A stretch of DNA of 32,500 nucleotides from contig CALEIW010000150.1 in NCBI GenBank assembly GCA_937876055.1, positions 1 through 32,500 on the forward strand. Direction: 5' to 3'. This document shows positions 10,343 through 18,644 of the stretch, piece after piece. The position numbers were made by a program, and so were the translations under genes. The notes beneath the pieces were generated by a model. It saw only the letters and a list, made by a program, of their open reading frames with translations, did no database searches and was not told the DNA's origin. How positions within the stretch are numbered: the stretch's first letter is position 1; every line of letters begins with the position of its first letter. The DNA comes from an uncultured euryarchaeote. GTDB lineage: Archaea > Thermoplasmatota > Poseidoniia > Poseidoniales > Thalassarchaeaceae.

Positions 10343-10427
10343 GCAGGTGTACCCGAGTGGTCAAAGGGGGAGGGCTCAAGATCCTCTGCGTAGTGCTTCG
10401 CAGGTTCAAATCCTGCCGCCTGCACCA
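10343..10427 (+). tRNA. tRNA-Leu (CAA), CCA encoded
   Basis: Acceptor stem GCAGGTG/CGCCTGC + A CCA. Anticodon arm GAGGG-CTCAAGA-TCCTC, long variable arm, T arm GCAGG-TTCAAAT-CCTGC. Confidence 0.97.
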
Positions 10428-10429
10428 AC

Positions 10430-10672
10430 TTATTCCCACTTCTCTGTGAACTCCCAGTTGTAGGTATATTCGTTGAGAGAGAAAGCCTCGTTTTCTGTAC
10501 GCCACTTCTTCTCTTCCATTTCGGCTGCTAAGTTTTTGTTGTCTTCTTCTAGCCAAGTTAGCCATGCTTCAAGGCACCTAACTAACAAGTCTAGTATGTC
10601 GTCTTGTTTTCGTTCCATAATCAGATCGGAATCAACGTAACACAAACCTTCGGTCAACTCAGGGTATTTCAA
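10430..10672 (-). CDS. Small acidic, Trp-rich hypothetical protein
   Basis: 80-codon ORF that overlaps the HAD gene stop by 14 nt and fills the gap to the tRNA. No family recognised; TTG start uncertain. Confidence 0.55.
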   Translation of the reverse strand: MKYPELTEGLCYVDSDLIMERKQDDILDLLVRCLEAWLTWLEEDNKNLAAEMEEKKWRTENEAFSLNEYTYNWEFTEKWE

Positions 10673-11384
10673 CCGCTTGGATAAATTGCTTGAGGAATTC
10701 GATTGTTCCAGAAGTTCCTTTTTGTTGTGTAATAATATCCGCAGCCTCAGCTACTCCGTCATGTTCGTTATTGACCGCTACTGCAAATCCACACAACTCA
10801 AACATTGGAATATCATTAGCTGCATCGCCCACCGCGATAACCTTAGATGGGTCAATGCCTCTCTGTTCCAAGGCAAATTCAACACCTGTACTTTTGTCAA
10901 GCCCAGGAGTGCAAATATGGATTGCAAATCCGGTTGGCACAATCGATAATTCGTTATACTGAGAGCCTGCTATTGCATCTCGAATGGCCTCGTAATTATC
11001 AACTTCTTTCAAACACCATTCGGTTTCTCGCCAGCGGTTTGACTCGATTCCAGCAGGATCTAATCCATCTATTTGGCTGGCCAACCAATTCGCGGCCTCA
11101 CGTGTCCGCTCTCCATCTGCAAGAGCGCGAATAGGAAATCCGGCATGTGTGTCCCACACCATTCCCCCATTTTCTCCTACTACAAATCCGGACACAGCCA
11201 AGCTTTGCTGAATCGGAGTAACGTTGGGTAGAGTTCTCCCACTTGCAAGTGAGATAGTATATCCGAATTGTTCGATTTTTCTAATTAGAGGAATTAATTC
11301 TTCTTGGAAGCCTTCGATATCTAGTAAAGTTCCGTCAATATCGAAGATAATCATCTCGAAGTTGCTCAACTCGGGTAATTCCAC
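10659..11384 (-). CDS. HAD-superfamily IIB hydrolase (archaeal phosphoglycolate phosphatase-like)
   Basis: Motif I DIDGTL, motif II ASGR, ENGG, motif III DKSTGV, motif IV VGDAANDIPMF. Confidence 0.9.
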   Translation of the reverse strand: MELPELSNFEMIIFDIDGTLLDIEGFQEELIPLIRKIEQFGYTISLASGRTLPNVTPIQQSLAVSGFVVGENGGMVWDTHAGFPIRALADGERTREAANWLASQIDGLDPAGIESNRWRETEWCLKEVDNYEAIRDAIAGSQYNELSIVPTGFAIHICTPGLDKSTGVEFALEQRGIDPSKVIAVGDAANDIPMFELCGFAVAVNNEHDGVAEAADIITQQKGTSGTIEFLKQFIQAVEIP

Positions 11385-11428
11385 GTCGTTTCGGTTGGCT
11401 CAACATTGATGATTCCACCGTCGAAGCG

Positions 11429-14239
11429 TTGTCTTCTTCCCCTCAGGTTGATGTGTCTCCATCTCTTGCATCAATTGTGAATGAGGACGAGTTTCTCATC
11501 TTAGATGATGAGGACGATGATTCGACTCAGGCAAAGCCTGAGTCGCCGAAGCCATCTGAAGTTCAATCAGGAAGCGATAATTCAGCCACGATCGGTTCAC
11601 TAGGCAGTGCAATTTCTGGTATACAGGGATTGCTTGGTGAAGGAGTTAGTAAAATTCGTTCAAGTATTTCTGGTGCCGGTAAGAAAAAAATTGCAAAAGC
11701 AGAATCTGTAGAAGAATTGGTTCTTGATGATGGCTCTCTTGAGGAAGTTAGGCCAATTGCAGGAGAGGAAGCAGATTCTGCGGACTTGATGGAAGCCGAA
11801 TTAGTAGTCGACGGAGTTGAGCAATTCGAGTGGCAAATACGAGGTATGGATTGTCCGGATTGTGCAATGAAGGCCACCCGTGCAGTCAATCGATTACCAG
11901 GAACAACTGAAGTCGTAGTTTCGGCAACAGAAGGTAGCGTTAGAGTCAATCTTGATTTAGCTAGAGGAAGAATTTCAAGAGTCTCATCAGTTCTAGACAG
12001 CCTCGGCCACTCCCCCGATATTGAATGGCGTTTAGTTCAGGGAAAGACAGCAGGCGAAGTATCTAATCGGTTGGGAATCGATCGCAAGGGTCTACGAAAT
12101 GCCTTGCTTGAGGTTCCAGGAATTTTGAACGCTAGTCTCGACGATGGTCGAATCGAATTACAACGAGTTCCCACCGATTCGCTAAAGGTTGCTGAAATGA
12201 CCGAAGAAGGTCTACGCAGATTACTAGGAGAATATACCCTTGTAGAGTCGAAAAACAAGCGATTGCGGCCCGACCAGGTACAATTGATTGGTGCCGTAAT
12301 GACAATTCCACTATTGTTCGCTGTATTCGCAATTGAAATGGCAGAAATGCATTGGTGGGTTGCCGCTGCAATCACTGGTGTGGGGATTTTATTCGCTGGT
12401 ATGCCTATGTTTCAATCCGCAATCGCCAGTATACAAAACCGAGTATTAGGGTTCCAAGTTCTAACCTCTTTAGCGGTTCTTGGTGCGCTATACCTCAAGG
12501 AATGGCCTGAGGCTTTGATTGTAACAGGATTAGTCGCTCTTGCAGGGCATTTGGAAGAGAGCGCCCTAGTACGTGCCCGAGAAGCGATGCAAGGAGGCTT
12601 GGATAGACTTCCAAGGCGGGCTAGATTGGTGGCTGAAGGTCAGAATATCGACAACCCACATCATGATGAGTGGACTCCTGTTGCCGCCTTAGAACCCGGG
12701 GATATAGTAGAGGTTCGGTCTGGAGAAGTTGTGCCAGTTGATGGAACCGTGGTCGATGGCACAGGAGCAATCGACAAAGCCCCACTCACTGGAGAACCGA
12801 TGCCAGTTTCAGTAAGTTCTGGCTCATTTGTTGAAGCCGGTCTGACAATTACACGCGGTCCTCTGCATGTAAAGGCAGAGGCGACCGGCCAAGATACTCG
12901 ATTGGCCGACCTAATTGAATTAGTCAGGAAATACCGAGAACGACCCACAAGGACTCAAACAATAATCGAGAGATTCACAGCCATTTGGGTTCCGCTCGTG
13001 TTGGTGGGCTCAGCAATTTACGGAGCGATTACTGGGGATATAGTAGGAATGCTAGTTCTATGGGTTGTATCATGTCCATGTTCGCTTCTTTTAGCGGCTC
13101 CTGTTCCACATGCTACGGCCCTATCTAGTGCCTCAGCAATAGGGTTAGTCGCCCGTGGAGGAGATGTGATTGAGGCAGCCGCTGGGATTGAGTTAGCACT
13201 TCTTGACAAGACTGGAACACTTACCAGCGGCCGCCCTAGATTGGTTTCAATCGCAGTAGCCGGTGATGAGACAGAAGAGAGTGCACTACGAATTGCTGCG
13301 GGACTTGAACAGCGTAGCAATCACCCGTACGCGACTACAATAATCGAGGCGGCAACTGAGCGTAGTAAGGCGATTACGAAAATTACTGAAATCGAAGATG
13401 GCGATGCTGGAGTTAGAGGCTCTATGCGTGGATTATCTGTTATTCTTGGCCGAGCTGACTGGCTAATGTCGGAGGGTATCAAGATACCATATGAAATCGA
13501 TTCTGCTCTTGCAGATAGCCGTCATGCTGGCTATGGAGCCAGTGTATTGGCGATTGACGGCGAGGCGGTTGCAGCATTCACATTCGCCCACGATGATGCG
13601 CGAGAAGGCGTTCACGAAATGGTAGAGAAATTACAGCAACAGGGAATCAGTGTTGAGATACTTAGTGGCGACGAGCAAGCATCGGTGGAGGCCTTTGCAG
13701 AAAGACTAGGAATTAATCCAGAAATTTGTCGCGGTAATGTTGATCCTGAAGGTAAGGCTTCATGGGTTGCAGAGCGAGCAAAACTGAGTCGTACTCTGAT
13801 GGCTGGAGATGGATTCAATGATTCTGGAGCGCTTGCTGCAGCAGATATTGGAGTCGCGGTGGGAAGTGGAGAACAGGTAAATTTGGACGCTGCAGATGTT
13901 CTAATTCCAGGAGAAGACCCTAGAGCCCTAGCAAATCTCATTCAACTATCAAAGAGAACTCGACGTGTAGTCAATGCCAATATTGCAGTATCAGTACTGG
14001 TTACATTGGTGCTAATCATCACCGCTTTAGCCGGAATCAACACTAGTATTGCAGCAGGAATAGCAATCCACGAAGCCAGTGTGTTCCTAATCATACTCAA
14101 TGGGATGTTTGTAGCTGGCGCGGGAGGAAGGAGAATCGGTGTTTTACTCGACCTAGCAAAAGATTTGCTGCTTGATATTCGCGAGGCCTTTGGGGTGCTA
14201 TTTTCCGGCGGAGAAGGAAGCCCACCATCGACCGCTTGA
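11429..14239 (+). CDS. Heavy-metal P1B-type ATPase with N-terminal acidic extension and HMA domain
   Basis: HMA GMDCPDC, TGEP, intramembrane SCPC, DKTGTLT, SNHP, SGD, GDGFND, last-helix HEAS. Confidence 0.93.
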   Translation: MSSSPQVDVSPSLASIVNEDEFLILDDEDDDSTQAKPESPKPSEVQSGSDNSATIGSLGSAISGIQGLLGEGVSKIRSSISGAGKKKIAKAESVEELVLDDGSLEEVRPIAGEEADSADLMEAELVVDGVEQFEWQIRGMDCPDCAMKATRAVNRLPGTTEVVVSATEGSVRVNLDLARGRISRVSSVLDSLGHSPDIEWRLVQGKTAGEVSNRLGIDRKGLRNALLEVPGILNASLDDGRIELQRVPTDSLKVAEMTEEGLRRLLGEYTLVESKNKRLRPDQVQLIGAVMTIPLLFAVFAIEMAEMHWWVAAAITGVGILFAGMPMFQSAIASIQNRVLGFQVLTSLAVLGALYLKEWPEALIVTGLVALAGHLEESALVRAREAMQGGLDRLPRRARLVAEGQNIDNPHHDEWTPVAALEPGDIVEVRSGEVVPVDGTVVDGTGAIDKAPLTGEPMPVSVSSGSFVEAGLTITRGPLHVKAEATGQDTRLADLIELVRKYRERPTRTQTIIERFTAIWVPLVLVGSAIYGAITGDIVGMLVLWVVSCPCSLLLAAPVPHATALSSASAIGLVARGGDVIEAAAGIELALLDKTGTLTSGRPRLVSIAVAGDETEESALRIAAGLEQRSNHPYATTIIEAATERSKAITKITEIEDGDAGVRGSMRGLSVILGRADWLMSEGIKIPYEIDSALADSRHAGYGASVLAIDGEAVAAFTFAHDDAREGVHEMVEKLQQQGISVEILSGDEQASVEAFAERLGINPEICRGNVDPEGKASWVAERAKLSRTLMAGDGFNDSGALAAADIGVAVGSGEQVNLDAADVLIPGEDPRALANLIQLSKRTRRVVNANIAVSVLVTLVLIITALAGINTSIAAGIAIHEASVFLIILNGMFVAGAGGRRIGVLLDLAKDLLLDIREAFGVLFSGGEGSPPSTA

Positions 14240-14266
14240 TTAACCGAAACTTGGGAGCATGGAATA

Positions 14267-14656
14267 ATGGACAAGGTCGAGATAGAGTCGAAACACGCTC
14301 CTCCACTCGCCGAATGCGCTCACTGCGAGCACATGTTGCCGCCTGGGCTAGGCGAGATTGAGTGCGAGGTTTGTGGTGCTGTATGCAAGGTCAGCCATCA
14401 GCCAACAATTGACGCACTCAAAGAGGAGAAGGTACCTTGTCCTCACTGTCACACTATTCTAGTCGCTGGCACTGATGAGCGCCCAATCGAATTAACCTGC
14501 GGCGCCTGTTCTGGTGGCTTCACATTGACTGAGAAAGTGGTCAAGGTAGAGATAGAATGTCCCGGCTGTGATCGAACACTTCGAATACGCCCTAAACCCG
14601 GAAAGAGACAACTCACTTGCCCAGCCTGTGAGACAGGATTTAACGTCACTTTCTGA
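14267..14656 (+). CDS. Triple zinc-ribbon protein of unknown function
   Basis: Six CxxC motifs (CAHC, CEVC, CPHC, CGAC, CPGC, CPAC) in three tandem ~40-aa units. Confidence 0.85.
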   Translation: MDKVEIESKHAPPLAECAHCEHMLPPGLGEIECEVCGAVCKVSHQPTIDALKEEKVPCPHCHTILVAGTDERPIELTCGACSGGFTLTEKVVKVEIECPGCDRTLRIRPKPGKRQLTCPACETGFNVTF

Positions 14657-14762
14657 TTGAAACTGGCAATTTCCTCAAGCCTATCGAAATTGCAGCCTAC
14701 GGCTGTTTCTGACCCTGCGCTCTCAAATAGGGGTCAGATACCGTCCAAATGGGGATGGGAAG

Positions 14763-15863
14763 TTGAGCGAGAGCAAGTCTCCTGCCGATAATGACGCCGA
14801 AGGCGTCGATGAATTAGCGGCTCTCAGAGAGGCCCATGTCCGTTCCGCTGCCTCTGCAATCGATACACTGGGCCGCGCTCGTGACCGTTTGGACGATGAG
14901 AGCAAGTTACGCTCAGCAATGCGAAGAGAGCGCAGAAGGCGAGTCGCAGAAATGGGAGAAAGAGTCGAAGGAATGCGAGGAGCCCTTCGCAAGGCCAATG
15001 ATATCCTGTTTGAAGAGGAATTACATCGAATCGAAGCCGATATGAGGGCAGAACTGGAAGTCGAGATGGAACGTCTCGAAACCGAGGCTCTTGAGCGAGA
15101 AGAGCGACTTCTAAGAGAAGAAATGCTACACAGGCTACGTCGAGAAGAAAATCGGCTTCGTGAACAATTAGATCTAGAGCGTGACCGAAGGATAGAGGAA
15201 CACACTGGAAAACTTCGAGAACGCTTGAAGGGAGAGATGGAAACTGAATTTGAGCGACGCAAAGCCTTCCTCAATGACCGCCTCGAATTAGAGGCGGCTC
15301 AAGATATGGAAAGGATGGAGCGTCGGGTTGAGATGGACCTTAGGGAAGCATCTGAGTCCAAGGTCCATCGTCAGGTTGAATCATATCGGCTTGAGCAAGA
15401 AATTGCTATGCGAGACAGATTAGCAAAGACTCGAAAGGAGAGAGAGAAGGAACTCGAAAAGCAACTTGCTAGTGAAACTAAGTCTCTCGAAAAGGGTATG
15501 ATTGCTGATGTTGATGTCCGACTTAAATCACTAGAAGAAGAAGCTGAAGCAGGTCTTCTAGCCGAGTTAGACCGCTGGTTTGCCGCAGAGCGAGAGACAA
15601 TGGAAGCAGCATTGTTACTCAAGCGTCAAGAGATGGCATTAGAGAAAGAAGTCGAGATGGAACAAAAGTTGGCCGAGACTCGTAAAGAGCGAGAGAAGCA
15701 GTTGTTTGAGAAATTGGAGAATCAATTCGCCAAGCGGGAGGATCTCTCAAAGAAGGAAATCAAGGAGATGCTGAAAGCGCTTGAATCTGAATTGAAGGTA
15801 AAGTGGGAATCAATACTCGTCGAGGCACGTCAAAGTGCTTTGGAAAGGTCCAACGGTAACTGA
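14763..15863 (+). CDS. Long charged all-helical coiled-coil protein of unknown function
   Basis: 366 aa, rich in E/R/K/L, no Pro after residue 7, periodic hydrophobic residues. TTG start. Confidence 0.85.
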   Translation: MSESKSPADNDAEGVDELAALREAHVRSAASAIDTLGRARDRLDDESKLRSAMRRERRRRVAEMGERVEGMRGALRKANDILFEEELHRIEADMRAELEVEMERLETEALEREERLLREEMLHRLRREENRLREQLDLERDRRIEEHTGKLRERLKGEMETEFERRKAFLNDRLELEAAQDMERMERRVEMDLREASESKVHRQVESYRLEQEIAMRDRLAKTRKEREKELEKQLASETKSLEKGMIADVDVRLKSLEEEAEAGLLAELDRWFAAERETMEAALLLKRQEMALEKEVEMEQKLAETRKEREKQLFEKLENQFAKREDLSKKEIKEMLKALESELKVKWESILVEARQSALERSNGN

Positions 15864-15917
15864 TATATTTTGTTATCAGTGCCTAAAAGAATCTCAATAC
15901 AAAGAAATTTGGGCGAT

Positions 15918-16826
15918 TCAAGGTGATTCCTGAATACGATTGATACGTTTGCTCGCCTCTTGGGCCAACTCCCAGTAAGCAGTACTTCCTGGATTCGACT
16001 TATTCGGTTTCTGACCGATAACAATGGGTGCTCCATCTAGAGGGGATTCGGCGATTGCTACAAGTCGAGGAATTTCAGTCTCGAATAATCTGTCTCCGAA
16101 ATGTTTGCGAGCCTGTTCTGCAACAGTTCCTGACAATTTACTTCTCTGAACCATAGTCAATGTAATTCCGAATAATCTTAGATTTGGATTCACGGCTTGT
16201 TGTACATCACTTACAGTATTCATCAGTTGACTCATATTTTCCAGAGCATAGAATTCAGCCTGCACAGGAATTAGGACCCAATTTGAAGCAACTAATGCGT
16301 TCACCGTAAGTAATCCTAGTGAGGCTGGAGTGTCTATGATTACTACATCAAAATGGCCTACTGCGCCTTGAATCGCTCTCTGTAAACGATTCTCTCGCCC
16401 AATTCTTGTTGCTAAATCAATTTCAATTCCAGCCAAATCTAAATCCGCTGGAAGTAACCAGAGATTGTCTATTTCCAATCCCTTTGGAGGCCCTCTTTTC
16501 CGTTCTGGATTTTGTCGAACAAATGCTTCCTTCATCGACTTTGTAAGTTGCTTTGGACCGATGATACATTCCTCAATCCTGACTTCTGGACCATCAATTC
16601 CAGCTTTGAATAACTCATTCATAGTCGCCCCGAGTGATTTTTTATCGACACCAAAAGTGGTAGCAATGTTTCCTTTTGGATCGAGATCAATCATCAGAAT
16701 TTTGCGAGGTTCAATTCCAAATTCCTCGTTACCCATAGCAAGGGCAGCACCTAAATTGACTGCGGTGGTAGTCTTACCACACCCTCCTTTATGATTGACA
16801 ACTGCAATCACCACAGGTCCAGCCAT
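15918..16826 (-). CDS. parA: ParA/Soj family ATPase
   Basis: Deviant Walker A KGGCGKTT, IDLDPKGN, LLPADLDLA, Walker B IIDTP, IPVQAEFYALE. Confidence 0.92.
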   Translation of the reverse strand: MAGPVVIAVVNHKGGCGKTTTAVNLGAALAMGNEEFGIEPRKILMIDLDPKGNIATTFGVDKKSLGATMNELFKAGIDGPEVRIEECIIGPKQLTKSMKEAFVRQNPERKRGPPKGLEIDNLWLLPADLDLAGIEIDLATRIGRENRLQRAIQGAVGHFDVVIIDTPASLGLLTVNALVASNWVLIPVQAEFYALENMSQLMNTVSDVQQAVNPNLRLFGITLTMVQRSKLSGTVAEQARKHFGDRLFETEIPRLVAIAESPLDGAPIVIGQKPNKSNPGSTAYWELAQEASKRINRIQESP

Positions 16827-16852
16827 ACGGCTCGGCTTGACCCTTCAGCCTA

Positions 16853-17527
16853 TCAGTCATCGCTTGGCTCACCGAGCCTACCTGCCATATTCAGACAGAT
16901 TGCGACACACGGACCGATAAGAATCGCGAATAGAATAGTACCAATACCAAACTTACCCCCTAAGGTCCATCCAATCGCGATAACGAATATTTCTATCCCA
17001 CTACGGATTCTTCCTATCGGAATTCCAGTCACTTTGGTCAAACCAGTCATCGTACCGTCTCTTGGACCTGGTCCTAGGTTTGCGGTGAGGTATAGACCGC
17101 TTCCAATAGCGACCAGAACTATACCAACAAGAACCTGAATAATTTGTAATGAAAACGCCTCTGGTGTTGGTAAAATAGGCAGTAAAAACTCGATAGTTGC
17201 TGCGATTAAGATTGCATTCAAAATGGTTCCAATTCCAGGTTTTTCTCTCAATGGAATCCATAATAGTAAGACCATGAAACTAACAAAAAATGTTGATTCT
17301 CCAATCGACCATCCTAGATTTTTTGCAATTCCCTCAGCTAAAACCGTCCATGGAGTATTCCCCAGTCGTGCTGAGATAAGGACAGCATCCCCTGCTCCAA
17401 AAATAATCAGTCCCACGATTAGTAAAATCATGGTGGAAAAGCGTGGCTTTAGCGTCCAAGGGTCGTCAGCGCTCCACCAAGTCGTAGGGACATTCTTCGC
17501 CGGTCGAAGAAACTCCATCAACCCCAT
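16853..17527 (-). CDS. YczE/YyaS/YitT family membrane protein
   Basis: Two-fold internal repeat (LGNTPW...GIGTILN and LGPGPRDG...GIGTILF) and about six hydrophobic segments. Confidence 0.85.
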   Translation of the reverse strand: MGLMEFLRPAKNVPTTWWSADDPWTLKPRFSTMILLIVGLIIFGAGDAVLISARLGNTPWTVLAEGIAKNLGWSIGESTFFVSFMVLLLWIPLREKPGIGTILNAILIAATIEFLLPILPTPEAFSLQIIQVLVGIVLVAIGSGLYLTANLGPGPRDGTMTGLTKVTGIPIGRIRSGIEIFVIAIGWTLGGKFGIGTILFAILIGPCVAICLNMAGRLGEPSDD

Positions 17528-17578
17528 CCGACAAAGCGAAGCCTAAGGAGTTCATAATCACAGGCGGCGATTAGCCGA

Positions 17579-18562
17579 TTATTGGATTACAGGTACTGGC
17601 ACTTCTGAGAGAATCTTCCTCATGATGTGCTGTCCGGTTACGCCACGAATCTTTGATTCTGGCTTAAGTACGATTCTGTGGCTGACAACTTGCAGTGCAA
17701 CAGCCTTGATATCATCTGGAATCACATAGTCACGACCATCGATTGCTGCACTTGCGCGTGCGGTCTTGAATAGTGATTGGCTAGCACGCGGTGAAGCACC
17801 TGTAATCACACGGTGGTCTTCACGAGTACGGTGGACTAATTCTACGATGTAGGAAAGGATTGCAGTATCAACATGCACTGTCTCAAGGGCCTTCTGCATG
17901 GCTACAACTTTCTTTGGGGAGGTGATTGTCTCTATGTCGTGGTCATCTTTACCGCGAAGTTTTCTGCGTTGAAGGATAGATTTCTCTTCCTGACGATCTG
18001 GGTAACCCATTGACATCTTCATCATGAATCGGTCCATTTGTGCTTCAGGAAGTGGGTATGTTCCTTCTTGCTCGATTGGGTTTTGTGTTGCCATTGTGAT
18101 GAAAGGTGCAGGTAATTTGTGGGTAATACCCTCAATGGTAACCTGCTTTTCTTCCATAGCCTCTAACAAAGCGGCCTGAGTCTTTGGAGGCGCACGGTTA
18201 ATTTCGTCAGCGAGAAGAACGTTGGTGAATAGTGGACCTGGGCGGAGTTTGAACTCTCCAGCCTGTTGGTCATACATGTATGTCCCCATGATATCTGCTG
18301 GCAGCAAATCGGGAGTAAACTGAACACGCTTGAATTTACAACCCAGAGCGGTTGCGAAAGTGTTCGCCATCAATGTCTTTGCCAGACCCGGATAATCCTC
18401 AATTAGCATGTTTGCATTTGATAGAATTCCAATGCTTACCTTTCGTAGGTTTTCTTGCTTTCCAATGATAACTTTCGCCACTTCTCCCATCAGACCATTG
18501 GAGATCTGTGATACGGTTTGGATAAGTTCTCGGGACTTAGGGTCACTTGCAGCCATTGTCAT
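17579..18562 (-). CDS. moxR: MoxR family AAA+ ATPase
   Basis: PGLAKT, RVQFTPDLLPADI, LLADEINRAPPKTQAALLEAMEE, ATQNPIEQEGTYPLPEAQMDRF, GASPRAS. CAGGTG SD before ATG 18562. Confidence 0.95.
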   Translation of the reverse strand: MTMAASDPKSRELIQTVSQISNGLMGEVAKVIIGKQENLRKVSIGILSNANMLIEDYPGLAKTLMANTFATALGCKFKRVQFTPDLLPADIMGTYMYDQQAGEFKLRPGPLFTNVLLADEINRAPPKTQAALLEAMEEKQVTIEGITHKLPAPFITMATQNPIEQEGTYPLPEAQMDRFMMKMSMGYPDRQEEKSILQRRKLRGKDDHDIETITSPKKVVAMQKALETVHVDTAILSYIVELVHRTREDHRVITGASPRASQSLFKTARASAAIDGRDYVIPDDIKAVALQVVSHRIVLKPESKIRGVTGQHIMRKILSEVPVPVIQ

Positions 18563-18644
18563 CTGAGACACCTGAATATTCATCCTGCTAAATTTTTGAT
18601 ACTTAAGCGCTGGGTGTCTATGAACGCTTAGTGATTCAAACCCT

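Noticed and set aside
10400-10417. Identical 18-mer GCAGGTTCAAATCCTGCC in both tRNA genes, as a possible att-site duplication flanking 10.4-25.9 kb
   Set aside because: It is the conserved T arm of two complete, different tRNAs. The enclosed region is core housekeeping and has no integrase.
10230-10565. ORFs 10230-10463 (+) and 10314-10565 (-), and likewise 25708-25917 (-)
   Set aside because: They run across tRNA genes; translations such as QDLNLR are typical tRNA-antisense artefacts.
14723-15274. 183-aa Ser/Arg-rich antisense ORF, and the other antisense or nested ORFs in the track (e.g. 2952-3443, 23467-23955, 26001-26438)
   Set aside because: Shadow frames of well-supported genes on the opposite strand or frame; no recognisable motifs.
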